Origin: an uncultured Corynebacterium sp.
GTDB taxonomy: Bacteria; Actinomycetota; Actinomycetes; Mycobacteriales; Mycobacteriaceae
NCBI RefSeq assembly: GCF_946222305.1
Contig: NZ_CAMIHZ010000006.1
Span: 17,139 to 81,138 of the forward strand
DNA: 64,000 nt
Direction: 5' to 3'
Below the pieces are notes generated by a model that was given only the letters and a program-made list of their open reading frames with translations, made no database searches and was not told where the DNA came from. Below, one piece after another: positions 20,254 through 31,037 of the stretch (position 1 is its first letter; every line of letters begins with the position of its first letter). Position numbers and translations under genes: made by a program.

Positions 20254-20952
20254 GTGGCGAGTGGTCGAAGAACCATGAATTTTCTCAGTTTCCTCACCGG
20301 GGCCGGACCCGCCCGGTTGGGGTGGCCAGTGGACACCCCAACCGTCACCACCCGAACAGGTCGGCGCGTGCGCCTAAGGAGTATTGAACGCGGGGATGGT
20401 GTGGCGTGGCGTCGGTACAGAATGGAAGACCGCAGCCTACTAGAACCAGTCGAGCCAACCGCTTACCAAGGTTGGGAAGAGGCACACAATACCCAGGGGT
20501 GGAAGTACACCTACCGCAACCTAATGGAGTGGGTGGATAAAGGTGTTGTGGTGCCTGCAGTCATCGAAGTTGATGGGGAATTCGCAGGGCAGTTGACATT
20601 GGGCAATATCCAGCACGGGGCGATCCGTAGCTGCTGGATCGGGTACTGGGTCTACAGCGGCTGGCAAGGTCAAGGGGTGGCGACGGCAGCAGTAGCGCTG
20701 GGAGTGGATCACGCCTTTCGGCGCGTGGAGATGCACCGCGTAGAGGCCACGGTCATGGAAAGCAATGTGGCATCTAGGCGGGTTCTGGAAAAAGCCGGTT
20801 TCCGCCACGAGGGAACTCTGCGGCGCAATCTGCACATCAATGGCGAGTGGACTGACCACATGTTGGTGGCGGTGACCATCGAGGAGGTCGCGCAATACGG
20901 TTCTTTGGTCCGCAAAATGCTCAATGATCGGGTGCTCATCGGCGTGGCTTGA
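20254..20952 (+). CDS. GNAT-family N-acetyltransferase (RimJ-like)
   Basis: GNAT acetyl-CoA binding region (QGQGVATAA). Synteny with Mtb rimJ downstream of moeA1. Confidence 0.75.
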   Translation: MASGRRTMNFLSFLTGAGPARLGWPVDTPTVTTRTGRRVRLRSIERGDGVAWRRYRMEDRSLLEPVEPTAYQGWEEAHNTQGWKYTYRNLMEWVDKGVVVPAVIEVDGEFAGQLTLGNIQHGAIRSCWIGYWVYSGWQGQGVATAAVALGVDHAFRRVEMHRVEATVMESNVASRRVLEKAGFRHEGTLRRNLHINGEWTDHMLVAVTIEEVAQYGSLVRKMLNDRVLIGVA

Positions 20953-21075
20953 ACCCCATAAGGTGGGGGAAACGCTAGCGTGGAATGCGCTGCTAAATTT
21001 TTTTATCACCACGGTCCCTGGGGTGCGTTGCCCGAGGGATGTATTACCCAATCAACTTGAGGAGAAGCGAAACTC

Positions 21076-22578
21076 GTGCCCGGTTCACTGCTTCTAATTG
21101 CTGTCGTCTGGATCGTGTTGCTCACGCCATTGGTGCTGTTTAACCGCCGACCGGTGCGCAAGACGTCCGAGGCTTTGACAGAGACCCGCCTGGTGCACTC
21201 CGGGGGCTCTGAGCTGCGCGGAAAGCGGAAGTTGCGCCCGTCGCCCGCACTGTACACCGCCGATGACAGCGACGAAGAACTTGAATTGGTCGATGCTGAA
21301 CCCGAGTATGTGCTGCTGGACGACGAGGGCACTGAGTCCACGCAGCCTGCATCGGGCAAAGGTCATACTGCGGGCAAGAGTGTAGCCGTCGCGCGCCAGG
21401 GCAAGCGTGCGGTCGACGTTACTGGCGCGGAGGTCGTCGATGGCGAGCTGGTTGAGGATGAGGAACTTGACGCCAAGTCCAGCGACAACGCCTCCGTTCG
21501 GGAAGCTGAAGAGCGCGCCGATGAAGCCGTTGTCGATTCCGACATCGTCGACCAGGAGGCTGGCGACGAAGATGCCGACAGCGCCGCTGTAGAGGCCACC
21601 TTGACTGGTGATACCTCGCCTGCAGATGCCAACTCGGATGAAGACACGACCTCCGAGGACATTAGTGATGAGCCCGCCGAAACCGGCATGGCACACAAGG
21701 TGGATGCCAGCTCCTACAAGTCCCAGGACGAGACCGACACCGGCGAATTCGAACCAGTCGCAGAAGAAGATGTCGTTGCTGCGCTGAAGCGCAAGAAGGG
21801 CTCCACCAAGCTTTCGAAGAAGCGCTTCTCGAAGTCGAAGGACACCCGCACCGGCGATGCCAAGGCTTACGGGATGGAAAAAACTGACGAGGCTAACACA
21901 TCCGACGTGCACGACGATGCTGCACAGGAAACCCCCAAGCCCGTGGAGGTTCCGATTGGGGTTTTGCGTGGCGTCGATTATGACGATTCCCGCGGCCGCG
22001 AAGACCACGTCCGCGAACTAGCCAATGTAGGCACCGCCCGTCCAGTAGAGAATCTCTACGAATCGATGGAACTGTCCGAGGACGACATGAACTACATCGC
22101 AGCCCGCCGGGGCCGCGGTGTCTACGACCCCGTCGCTAGTGCCGAAGCCAACCGTCGCCGCCAGCAGCGCCGTAAGCACGTCCTGCTGGGCATGGTTGCT
22201 CTGCTGATGCTCTCCCTTGCCTTCGCGATCTGGCGTGGCGGCGCCCTGTGGTTGGCGCCCGTCCTCATGACCGGCCTGACCATCTTCTACTTGGTAGCTC
22301 TGCGCAAGAACGCTATCGAGGAGGCCAAGCTGCGCCGCCGTCGCCTGGCCCGCATGCGCCGTGCGCGACTGGGCGTGCGCAACACCGAGGACCGCGAACT
22401 GGGTGTGATCCCGGAGCGTTTGATGCGCCCCGGTGCCGTCATCATCGAGCCCGATGAGGCGGATGTAGAGCTGCACAACCTCGCTATCGTCGACAGCCAC
22501 GAGTTCTTCCACGACGATGATCACGACCGTGAATATCACGACCGTGACTACTACGACGACCACATCCGCGCGATCTAA
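21076..22578 (+). CDS. Hypothetical membrane protein with a long acidic disordered region and a His/Asp-rich C-terminal tail
   Basis: N-terminal TM helix, ~300 aa rich in D/E, a TM pair near residue 360-400, and the C-terminal tail HEFFHDDDHDREYHDRDYYDDH. Confidence 0.6.
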   Translation: MPGSLLLIAVVWIVLLTPLVLFNRRPVRKTSEALTETRLVHSGGSELRGKRKLRPSPALYTADDSDEELELVDAEPEYVLLDDEGTESTQPASGKGHTAGKSVAVARQGKRAVDVTGAEVVDGELVEDEELDAKSSDNASVREAEERADEAVVDSDIVDQEAGDEDADSAAVEATLTGDTSPADANSDEDTTSEDISDEPAETGMAHKVDASSYKSQDETDTGEFEPVAEEDVVAALKRKKGSTKLSKKRFSKSKDTRTGDAKAYGMEKTDEANTSDVHDDAAQETPKPVEVPIGVLRGVDYDDSRGREDHVRELANVGTARPVENLYESMELSEDDMNYIAARRGRGVYDPVASAEANRRRQQRRKHVLLGMVALLMLSLAFAIWRGGALWLAPVLMTGLTIFYLVALRKNAIEEAKLRRRRLARMRRARLGVRNTEDRELGVIPERLMRPGAVIIEPDEADVELHNLAIVDSHEFFHDDDHDREYHDRDYYDDHIRAI

Positions 22579-22998
22579 ATGAACCACCCAGTCGTACGGG
22601 ACACTGCACTATTTTTGCTGCGCGCCGTGCTGGGCGTGGTGTTCATCGCTCACGGTTGGCGCAACGTATTCGGCGTCGGCATGGTGGGCGACCGCAGTAC
22701 CATCACAGAATTTGCACGGCACGGCTATCCCAACCCGCAGGTATTCGCCTGGACGGTTTCAGTCCTCTTCATGCTGTGTGGCGCGATGCTCATCGCTGGG
22801 GTCCTCACCACCGCGGCCGCTGGAGTTCTGTTCGTAGTGGTCGCCGCAATGCTATACTTTCAGTTCTTCAAACACGGGTTTTATGTGTCTGAGGGGGGCA
22901 TGGAATACATTCTTGTGTTGATGGCCAGCTTGCTGATGATCGTGGTCTTTGGCGCAGGACGGGCTAGTTTGGATCGCGCCTTGGCGCGGTTCGCCTAA
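22579..22998 (+). CDS. DoxX-family membrane protein
   Basis: 139 aa with 4 TM segments and a DoxX-like N-terminus. Its ATG abuts the upstream stop codon. Confidence 0.7.
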   Translation: MNHPVVRDTALFLLRAVLGVVFIAHGWRNVFGVGMVGDRSTITEFARHGYPNPQVFAWTVSVLFMLCGAMLIAGVLTTAAAGVLFVVVAAMLYFQFFKHGFYVSEGGMEYILVLMASLLMIVVFGAGRASLDRALARFA

Positions 22999-23061
22999 TC
23001 CAACGCCGCCTTGACAACCAAGCTGCAACTCCGAATCCGAGAAAGTTGGTGACCCGAGGCG

Positions 23062-23901
23062 GTGGAGTGCGACAAGGTACGCGCAGCGCTTTCTGCGCGG
23101 CTGGATGGCGAGCAGACCGACCTTCCCGATGAGGTCATCGATACCCACTTGGAAGTCTGCGAGGACTGCCAGCGCTGGTACACAACCGTGACGGCACTCG
23201 GCCGATCGCTGTCCATTGGCCCCATCGATTCGGCGCCCGACCCTGCAAAATCTGCTTCCGATCCAACTCAGATCACCGAACGAGTTCTCGCCGCCGCAGA
23301 CAGCATGCCGGTTGTTGCCTCGCGCGTTTCCAGCCGGCAGCTACCCATGGCGATCGCACGCATTGTGCTGATTCTTGTTGCCTTGGTGTACCTCAGCTGG
23401 GCGGGGGTGCTGCTGTTTGCCACTCCTTACGACTCGGCCTCTTTGGATACCGACGCCAACGGCCCCCTCATCACCAGGCTCATCATGGATGCCGCAGTCG
23501 GCAAGTTCGCTTTGGCGGTGGGATTGGCATGGTCGGCGGTCCGGCCCAAGGTTACTAGTGCGGTGCTGCCGATCTATCTTGCGCATTGGGCCTTTGGCGC
23601 GGGCTTTGCTACCCGAGAGGTAGTGATGGGATTCGTGGAATCCACTGGTGGACGCGGCTTTTTCGCAAACCCACTGTGGGGACTGATCGTCCACCTGTGT
23701 GCCGTCCTCGCTTTGCTGACGTGCTGGGTGGGGCGCAACCACATGTTCACACCCCTCAAACAGTCTTGGCGGGCGCTTGCTGCCCGTCCAGTGAATTTCT
23801 CCCCGGCGGATATGGATGAACACTCCACGTACCGTTTGGGCGACAAGAACGGTCACGGTTTAGGCGACCGAAAGAGCAACGCGAGCGACTCGGAAGAGTA
23901 A
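23062..23901 (+). CDS. zf-HC2 (anti-sigma-factor-like zinc finger) domain fused to a multi-TM membrane domain
   Basis: N-terminal H-x3-C-x2-C (THLEVCEDCQ) preceded by a CDKVRAAL helix, which is typical of zf-HC2 anti-sigma factors. About 4 predicted TM helices. GTG start. Confidence 0.55.
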   Translation: MECDKVRAALSARLDGEQTDLPDEVIDTHLEVCEDCQRWYTTVTALGRSLSIGPIDSAPDPAKSASDPTQITERVLAAADSMPVVASRVSSRQLPMAIARIVLILVALVYLSWAGVLLFATPYDSASLDTDANGPLITRLIMDAAVGKFALAVGLAWSAVRPKVTSAVLPIYLAHWAFGAGFATREVVMGFVESTGGRGFFANPLWGLIVHLCAVLALLTCWVGRNHMFTPLKQSWRALAARPVNFSPADMDEHSTYRLGDKNGHGLGDRKSNASDSEE

Positions 23902-23910
23902 AACGGGTTA

Positions 23911-25518
23911 CTAACGCCAGCTCGGCAACCACATCCGAGCTGCAAATTCCGCGTTGCTCATCGGCATGCCGGTGTAGAGGGGCAAGAAGAACAGGAAGTT
24001 CCATACCACCACTGCCACATATCCGATGACGAGAACCAGCGGCCAGCGGGTGTTCTCCACCCGCGCCTTGCGGATCAGTTGGCAGCACGCAATGGCTAGG
24101 GCGATGACGACAAACGGCGCTAGGTTCACCGCGTAGAACAAGTACATCTGTCGATCGAGGTTGGGCAACCACGGCAGGAAACCCGCAGCGAATCCCACTA
24201 CCGGAACCGCCCAGCGGGCGTCGCGGTGAATAAAGAGGCACCAGATTCCCCACAACAACACCGGTACACACAGCCACCATATGGCCGGGGTGCCCACCAA
24301 CAGCACCTTGTGAACCACCCCGTCTTTTTCCGGTGGGCTGTAGTACAGCAGCGACCGGCTGCTGACTAACCACGACCAAGGCTTAGACTCCCACGAGTGG
24401 TGATGGCCGTTGGAATTCGTCAGTGCAGTGTGAAACTTCAACACAGACGAGTGGTAGTAGATGAAGTTCTGCAGGGCATCCGGCAAGAAACTCAGACCGG
24501 AATCCTTCAGCTCGTCGTAACGGCCACTTTCCACCGCGTGGCGGTACACCCCGGTTTCAGAGGCAAACCAGGCACGCCAGCTAACCAGATAACCCACGAC
24601 CGGAACAATTACCAGGCTGGCGAAGGAGGGCACGCAATCCAGCAATAGAGTGCCCCGGAGGGGTTCGGTGACTCCGAAGCGGCGGCGTCGGAAATAATCC
24701 AGCACCACGATCGCCACACCGGCGAAGGCGATGTAGTACAAACCAGACCACTTCACCGACAGAGCGCCTGCCAGCGCCACCCCAGTAGCGAAGCGCCACC
24801 AGCGATAACCCATGCGGGGACCAATAGCGTGATCGGAGATGCGACCTTCGGTGAAAACTTTTTCGAAGCGATGATCCATCTGTTGGGCGTCACGAACCAA
24901 GAAGTAGGTGGCCGCTACGACAAACAATGTCTGGAAATGATCCAACATCGCCGAACGCCCCGTGACGAACAAGATGCCATCGCACAGAGCAAAGATGCCC
25001 GCCAGCATGCCGGCCAGTTCCGAGTGAGTCACCCGGCGAGCAATCGCTGCGATCAGCAAAATGACGATTACGGAACACACCGCAGAAGCTGCTCGCCACC
25101 CCACGGGCGAATAATCAAACAGCTGCATGCCCAGGCTCTCCAGCTGCTTACCAAGTGGTGGGTGCACCACCAGGCCATAAGCTGGGTTGTCCTCGATGCC
25201 GCCGATCAACGGATTCTCGAAACTCTGCGCGATCTGCCATGACTGGGGCGCATAGTGCTTTTCGTCGAAAACCGGCGTGCCGCCATCGGTGGGCTTGCCG
25301 AGGGAACTGAGTCGACTAACCATAGCGAAAACCGCCAAGCAGAGCTGGATCAAAGTCCAGCGGCTCGGGCCGCGCTTCGCATGGGCACCAGTGCGCGCGG
25401 TTTTCGACGTGGCGGACGCACGGTCGCCGGCCGGTTCCTCTGCTGTGGAACCCTTGCGCCGATGCGACTGGCGTGGATGTGGGGCGGAAACTGTCACAGG
25501 CAACAACTCTAGTGGCAT
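23911..25518 (-). CDS. pmt: Protein O-mannosyltransferase (dolichyl-phosphate-mannose--protein mannosyltransferase family)
   Basis: 535 aa polytopic GT-C/PMT protein. Synteny with Mtb Rv1002c next to rsmI. Confidence 0.8.
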   Translation of the reverse strand: MPLELLPVTVSAPHPRQSHRRKGSTAEEPAGDRASATSKTARTGAHAKRGPSRWTLIQLCLAVFAMVSRLSSLGKPTDGGTPVFDEKHYAPQSWQIAQSFENPLIGGIEDNPAYGLVVHPPLGKQLESLGMQLFDYSPVGWRAASAVCSVIVILLIAAIARRVTHSELAGMLAGIFALCDGILFVTGRSAMLDHFQTLFVVAATYFLVRDAQQMDHRFEKVFTEGRISDHAIGPRMGYRWWRFATGVALAGALSVKWSGLYYIAFAGVAIVVLDYFRRRRFGVTEPLRGTLLLDCVPSFASLVIVPVVGYLVSWRAWFASETGVYRHAVESGRYDELKDSGLSFLPDALQNFIYYHSSVLKFHTALTNSNGHHHSWESKPWSWLVSSRSLLYYSPPEKDGVVHKVLLVGTPAIWWLCVPVLLWGIWCLFIHRDARWAVPVVGFAAGFLPWLPNLDRQMYLFYAVNLAPFVVIALAIACCQLIRKARVENTRWPLVLVIGYVAVVVWNFLFFLPLYTGMPMSNAEFAARMWLPSWR

Positions 25519-25527
25519 GCTGGGGGA

Positions 25528-26421
25528 ATGACTGTAGAGTCCCTCCTACAACGCGCAGAAGAACAACGCCCACTGCCCGACGGGGGCATCATCTTGGCTG
25601 CCACCCCTCTGGGCAATCCGCTCGATGCCTCGATCCGTCTGCTCGATGCCCTGCGCAGCGCGGATATCATCGCCGCGGAGGATACCCGCCGCACCCGCGC
25701 GCTAGCCGAAAACTTGGGCATCGCCATCACCGGCACCATCGTTTCAAACTTCGATCACAATGAAGCCGACCGGGCCGAGTACTTCGTCAGCGAGGCGCGT
25801 GCGGGTAAGCGCGTATTGGTTGTCACCGATGCGGGAATGCCCGCGGTCTCCGATCCCGGATTCCCCTTGGTCGTTGCCGCACGGGAAGCCGATGTCCCCA
25901 TCACGTGCCTGCCCGGTCCTTCCGCGGTACCCACAGCGCTAGCGCTGTCGGGAGTTGGCATGGGCCACTTCACTTTCTTGGGCTTCGCCCCTCGCAAGGA
26001 TGGCGCGCGTCGGGAGTTTTTCACCCAGCTGCTTTCCTCGCAGGTGGCTACCTGTTTCTTCGAATCCCCTCACCGTTTGCAGGCGACTTTGGACATCGCC
26101 GTGGAGATTCTGGGGGACCGACGCCACATCGCCGTGGCCCGCGAATTGACTAAACGTTTCGAAGAGGTCCGTTCAGGTACGGCCTCGGACGTGGCCGAGT
26201 GGGCACGATCCCGGGAAGTGAAGGGTGAGATCTGTGTGGTGGTCGGCGCAGCGGACCCCGAGGACGCGGAAGTCGATACTGCGCATGTCGTCACGGAGGT
26301 CGAAACCCTGGTGGCTGGTGGCATGCGGTTGAAGGCAGCGGCTGGAGAGGTGGCGGGGCGGCATGATCTGAGCAAGCGCGAGGTCTACGAGGCTGTGCTT
26401 CGCACTCGAGAGGAGAGCTAG
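25528..26421 (+). CDS. rsmI: 16S rRNA (cytidine1402-2'-O)-methyltransferase
   Basis: Tetrapyrrole-methylase fold with ATPLGN and DTRRT motifs. Confidence 0.85.
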   Translation: MTVESLLQRAEEQRPLPDGGIILAATPLGNPLDASIRLLDALRSADIIAAEDTRRTRALAENLGIAITGTIVSNFDHNEADRAEYFVSEARAGKRVLVVTDAGMPAVSDPGFPLVVAAREADVPITCLPGPSAVPTALALSGVGMGHFTFLGFAPRKDGARREFFTQLLSSQVATCFFESPHRLQATLDIAVEILGDRRHIAVARELTKRFEEVRSGTASDVAEWARSREVKGEICVVVGAADPEDAEVDTAHVVTEVETLVAGGMRLKAAAGEVAGRHDLSKREVYEAVLRTREES

Positions 26422-26731
26422 GGCAGCGGTACTTCGTGCCCGCCGGGAGTGCTCGGGTGCGCAGGACTTCGTGCCCCAGAGAGGCAGAAGGAATAGCCGT
26501 AGCACTGAATCGTTATCGGATTGTTAAGTTCTGGGGGCAAAACACAAACCCCGCACGGTTGTGCTCGGTGAAAAATATGGCTCTAGCTGGGGGTATTGGC
26601 CGGGGAAGTTGGCGTCGGTAAATAAAGGGGCCGAGCCCATACAGCGGTAAAGGCCGTTGAACTGCCAGATTCGGTGCAGGTAAAGAGGCCGGAGGTTTGA
26701 TATTGGGCCGTGGGGCAACCACTGTAGAAAT

Positions 26732-28465
26732 ATGACGTTTTCGCAATATAGCCCTCAACAAGGGGAGAAATTGGATTCTGAGGATCAAGCTTTGGCCGAT
26801 GCCTTCGTGGATCCAACTAATGATCCGAAAGTTAGTGACCAATCGAGGCTGGATGACAATGCCCCCATCAACTGGTCGGTGACCATCGGCGCGCTGGTGT
26901 TGATTCTGGCGGTAGTGGTCTGGGGGCTCGCAGGGAAGAAGAGCTTCAATGCGTTCTCTGAGAAGGCATTGGCGTACATCACCGAGGACTGGGGTTGGCT
27001 GTTCGTGCTGGCCGGAACGGTCTTCGTGGGGTACATCTTGTTTATCGCGTTCAGTAAGTTCGGGCATATCCGGCTGGGCAAGGACGGCGAGGAACCCGAA
27101 TTCTCTACACCTTCGTGGGTGGCAATGATGTTCGCCGCCGGTATGGGAATCGGCTTGATGTTTTACGGCGTGGCGGAGCCGCTGAATTACTACCGCGAGG
27201 GAGTGCCCGGGGCGCAGCCGGGTGATGTGGGAGTGTCCATGGCGTCCACGATGTTCCACTGGGGTCTGCACCCATGGGCGCTGTACGCCATCGTAGGTCT
27301 GGCTATTGCGTACACGACCTTCCGCCTCGACCGGAAGCAGCTGCTTAGTGCTGCTTTCATCCCTTTGATTGGTGAGCGCCGGGCGCATGGGCCGTTGGGC
27401 AAGTTCATCGATATTTTCACGATCTTCGTGACCGTGTTCGGTACCGCTGCATCCCTGGGTATCGGTGCGACCCAGATTGCATCCGGTATGGATGCCACCA
27501 ACCTGCTGACCAACCCAGGTACGGGTGTGATGATCGGTGTAATTCTGGTGCTGGGTGTGTGCTTCTCGGCCTCGGCCGCGTCCGGTGTGGGGAAGGGCAT
27601 TCAGTACATCTCCAATGCCAATATGATCATGGCCGGGCTACTGGCGCTGTTCGTCCTCATCGTTGGCCCCACCGTGGTGATCCTGAACCTGATTCCCACG
27701 ACGTTGGGCAATTACCTTTCGAACTTCTTCTCCATGGCGGCGCGCACAGCCGATTCTGGCGAGGGCGCCGGTGAATGGTTGGGTACCTGGACGATTTTCT
27801 ACTGGGCATGGTGGGTGTCCTGGTCCCCATTCGTCGGCATGTTCTTGGCACGTATCTCCCGCGGTCGCACGATTCGCGAGTTTGTCACAGTGATCCTGAT
27901 GGTTCCCATGGCCGTGACTGTCGTGTGGTTCTCCATTTTCGGTGGTTCCGCCATTCACGCTGAGGAGACCGGTAACTCCATCTGGGGTGATGGCGACGCC
28001 ACGAAGCAGCTGTTTAACCTGTTGGATACGGTGCCCGGTGGCTACGCGGCTTCGCTGCTGGCCATGGTTTTGCTGGGAACGTTCTTCATTACTTCGGCGG
28101 ATTCCGCTTCGACGGTGATGGGTACGATGTCCCAGAACGGTCGAGTCGAAGCCAACCGGATGGTTACCGTGTTGTGGGGCATGATGACTGCCCTCATTGC
28201 GATCGTCATGATTTTGACTGGCGGTGAGGATGCGCTCACGAATGTGCAGAACATCACGATCATTGCGGCCAGCCCGTTTGTGCTGATCATCATTGCGCTG
28301 ATGTTTGCAATTGTGAAGTCGCTTTCTAACGACCCTCTGTACTTGGATCACAAGGCACAGCGCCATTACGCGATTCGGGATGCTCGCGAAAAGCGCGTGG
28401 CAGCGTACTTGGACAAGCAACACCACAAGCGCGGCGTGCGCCGTTTCAATATGCCGGACAAGTAG
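26732..28465 (+). CDS. betP: BCCT-family glycine betaine transporter
   Basis: BCCT signature region (WTIFYWAWW) and a long hydrophilic N-terminal extension as in C. glutamicum BetP. Confidence 0.85.
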   Translation: MTFSQYSPQQGEKLDSEDQALADAFVDPTNDPKVSDQSRLDDNAPINWSVTIGALVLILAVVVWGLAGKKSFNAFSEKALAYITEDWGWLFVLAGTVFVGYILFIAFSKFGHIRLGKDGEEPEFSTPSWVAMMFAAGMGIGLMFYGVAEPLNYYREGVPGAQPGDVGVSMASTMFHWGLHPWALYAIVGLAIAYTTFRLDRKQLLSAAFIPLIGERRAHGPLGKFIDIFTIFVTVFGTAASLGIGATQIASGMDATNLLTNPGTGVMIGVILVLGVCFSASAASGVGKGIQYISNANMIMAGLLALFVLIVGPTVVILNLIPTTLGNYLSNFFSMAARTADSGEGAGEWLGTWTIFYWAWWVSWSPFVGMFLARISRGRTIREFVTVILMVPMAVTVVWFSIFGGSAIHAEETGNSIWGDGDATKQLFNLLDTVPGGYAASLLAMVLLGTFFITSADSASTVMGTMSQNGRVEANRMVTVLWGMMTALIAIVMILTGGEDALTNVQNITIIAASPFVLIIIALMFAIVKSLSNDPLYLDHKAQRHYAIRDAREKRVAAYLDKQHHKRGVRRFNMPDK

Positions 28466-28490
28466 CGCCAAGCCCGAAGCTGGCTAGTAG

Positions 28491-28934
28491 CTAGACGAGC
28501 TTGGCCTTGGCGGGGGACTCGGGGATGAGATCATTCAAAGTGGTCTCGTCCAAAATGTCGAAGAATACATTGGCGGCGTGCCTCAGGACAGCGTGCAGGT
28601 TGCACTCCGGATCAAAGGGGCAAGGGTCATGCACGCGGTAGTTGGCTAAGCGCTCACCTTCTAGTTCCCGCATCAATGTACCTAGGCGCTTCGAGCGCGC
28701 TTCGGGGGCCAACGCAATGCCCCCGGTGCGCCCCCTAGTGGAATTCACCATACCGAGCTCAGCTAGCTTGGATACAACCTTCGCGACATGTGTTTGTGGC
28801 GCTGCTATTTCTTGGGCAATCTCGGAAGAAGTGTGTCGTGGGGAAACGACATTCGCCGCTGTTGCGGCGTCCTCCAGGGCAGCTAGCTGCATCAGGATTC
28901 TGATTCCTAGCTCCGTGGCGCGACTTGGTTGCAT
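28491..28934 (-). CDS. Rrf2-family transcriptional regulator
   Basis: wHTH Rrf2 N-terminus. Only two Cys (CPFDPEC) instead of the three-Cys Fe-S ligand set. Confidence 0.75.
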   Translation of the reverse strand: MQPSRATELGIRILMQLAALEDAATAANVVSPRHTSSEIAQEIAAPQTHVAKVVSKLAELGMVNSTRGRTGGIALAPEARSKRLGTLMRELEGERLANYRVHDPCPFDPECNLHAVLRHAANVFFDILDETTLNDLIPESPAKAKLV

Positions 28935-29201
28935 GGGGGTCCTTTGAAAGAGTGTGGGGCAACGTTGGCCGAGAAAGAGGGGGCTGCAGATAAGCTAATC
29001 TTAGGCTACCTCCAAGGATTTATTAATCTCAGGGGAGGGTAGCGGGGGTTATTTCCCACTTTTATGCTGAGAATATGGCATCAAGTCTGCTATTTAAAAA
29101 TCTACGGGATCAGGATTATTTTGCCCCTCTGTTGACCTGTGGGTTTTAGGGGGTGGGGTCAAGTGTTTCATCGCTGGTAGCAATACCTTAGTGTTGTAAG
29201 C

Positions 29202-31037
29202 ATGTCTCAACGCGTTCTCACCTCTGTTGCTTGGCCATACGCCAATGGTCCCCGCCACATCGGCCACGTTGCTGGCTTCGGTGTTCCCTCGGATGTTTTC
29301 GCTCGCTACCAGCGAATGATTGGGAACGACGTCCTTATGGTCTCCGGCACGGATGAGCACGGCACTCCATTGCTCGTGCAGGCTGAGAAGGAAGGCGTGA
29401 GCGTCCAAGACTTGGCCGATTGTTACAACCGCATCATCGTGGAAGATCTGGTTGGCCTAGGCTTGTCCTATGACCTATTTACTCGCACCACCACCCGGAA
29501 TCACTACGCGGTAGTGCAGGAACTCTTCCGCGGTCTGCACGATAACGGGTACATGGTCACCCAAACCACCCGTGGTGCGATTAGCCCGTCCAACGGGCGT
29601 ACCTTGCCGGACCGTTATATCGAAGGCACCTGTCCGATCTGCGGTGCCACAGATGCCCGTGGCGATCAGTGCGATAACTGCGGTAATCAGCTGGATCCGG
29701 AAGATTTGATCAACCCAGTCTCCAAGATCAATGGCGAGACTCCGGAATTCGTTGATACTGAACACTTCATGCTCGACCTTCCGGCGCTCGCCGATGCTTT
29801 GACTGAGTGGCTCAAGGGGCGCACCGACTGGCGCCCGAACGTGTTGAAGTTCTCCCTGAACTTGCTGGAGAACATTCGTCCCCGCGCCATGAGCCGCGAT
29901 ATTGACTGGGGCGTGCCCATCCCCATCGAAGGCTGGCAGGACAACAACGCGAAGAAACTTTACGTCTGGTTCGATGCGGTGGTCGGCTACTTGTCGGCGT
30001 CGATTGAATGGGCCTGGCGCACGGGCGACCCAGAAGCCTGGCGCAAGTGGTGGAACGACCCAGAAGCCGTGTCTTACTACTTCATGGGCAAGGACAACAT
30101 CACCTTCCACTCCCAGATCTGGCCAGCTGAACTGCTGGGATACGCAGGCGAAGGGTCTCGCGGTGGGGAAGCTGGCGACCTCGCACAACCCACCCTCAAC
30201 CTTCCCACCGAGGTAGTTTCCAGTGAGTTCTTGACCATGTCCGGGTCGAAGTTCTCATCCTCCAAGGGTGTGGTCATTTACGTGCGCGATTTCCTCAAGG
30301 AATTCGGTCCCGACCCACTGCGCTACTTCATCGCCATGGCCGGCCCTGAGACCACGGATACCGACTTCACCTGGGACGAGTTCGTTCGCCGCATCAACTC
30401 GGAGCTCGCCAACGAGTGGGGCAATCTCGTCAACCGCACGGTGTCTATGGCTCACAAGAACTTCGGCGAGGTGCCACCCCTTGGCACCCTTACCGACGCC
30501 GACAAGGCCCTCTTGGATGAATCGGAGCGGGCTTTCGAGATCGTCGGCGACGCGCTGCAGGCTTCCCGCTTCAAAGCCGGAATCACCGAGGCCATGCGGA
30601 TTGCCGGGCGTGCGAACCAGTACATCGCTGCGCAAGAGCCTTGGAAGTTGGCGAAGGACGAAACCCAGCGGGAGCGCCTAGGCACCGTGTTGCACGTGGC
30701 ATTGCAGGTGGTCAGCGACATCAACACGTTGATGACCCCCTACCTGCCGTTTAGTGCCCAGAAGATTTTCGAAACCCTGGGTGGCGAAGGCCTATGGGCC
30801 GCGCAGCCGAAGATCGTCGAGGTCACCGACGACTCGCCACGCGAACCGGTAGGCACGGGCGTGCCCGAGGCAGGTCGCGCTTACCCCGTAATCATGGGCG
30901 ACTACGACGACCAGAAGGCCACCTGGAAGCGCGTCGAGGTGCAGCCGGGAACGCCGCTGCAAAAGCCCAAGCCACTGTTCGCCAAGTTGGATCTTGAGCT
31001 GGCAGAGACCGGCCCCGAGTGGGCCAAGATCGGCTAA
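29202..31037 (+). CDS. metG: Methionine--tRNA ligase
   Basis: HIGH motif (PRHIGHV), KMSKS-like KFSSS, and the zinc knuckle CPICG...CDNCG. Confidence 0.95.
   Translation: MSQRVLTSVAWPYANGPRHIGHVAGFGVPSDVFARYQRMIGNDVLMVSGTDEHGTPLLVQAEKEGVSVQDLADCYNRIIVEDLVGLGLSYDLFTRTTTRNHYAVVQELFRGLHDNGYMVTQTTRGAISPSNGRTLPDRYIEGTCPICGATDARGDQCDNCGNQLDPEDLINPVSKINGETPEFVDTEHFMLDLPALADALTEWLKGRTDWRPNVLKFSLNLLENIRPRAMSRDIDWGVPIPIEGWQDNNAKKLYVWFDAVVGYLSASIEWAWRTGDPEAWRKWWNDPEAVSYYFMGKDNITFHSQIWPAELLGYAGEGSRGGEAGDLAQPTLNLPTEVVSSEFLTMSGSKFSSSKGVVIYVRDFLKEFGPDPLRYFIAMAGPETTDTDFTWDEFVRRINSELANEWGNLVNRTVSMAHKNFGEVPPLGTLTDADKALLDESERAFEIVGDALQASRFKAGITEAMRIAGRANQYIAAQEPWKLAKDETQRERLGTVLHVALQVVSDINTLMTPYLPFSAQKIFETLGGEGLWAAQPKIVEVTDDSPREPVGTGVPEAGRAYPVIMGDYDDQKATWKRVEVQPGTPLQKPKPLFAKLDLELAETGPEWAKIG

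Noticed and set aside
21094-22008. 304-aa antisense ORF opposite the acidic membrane protein gene
   Set aside because: The mirror-image frame of a D/E-rich gene yields a long open frame by chance (GAx/GAC codons give xTC/GTC on the antisense strand). There is no start context or domain.
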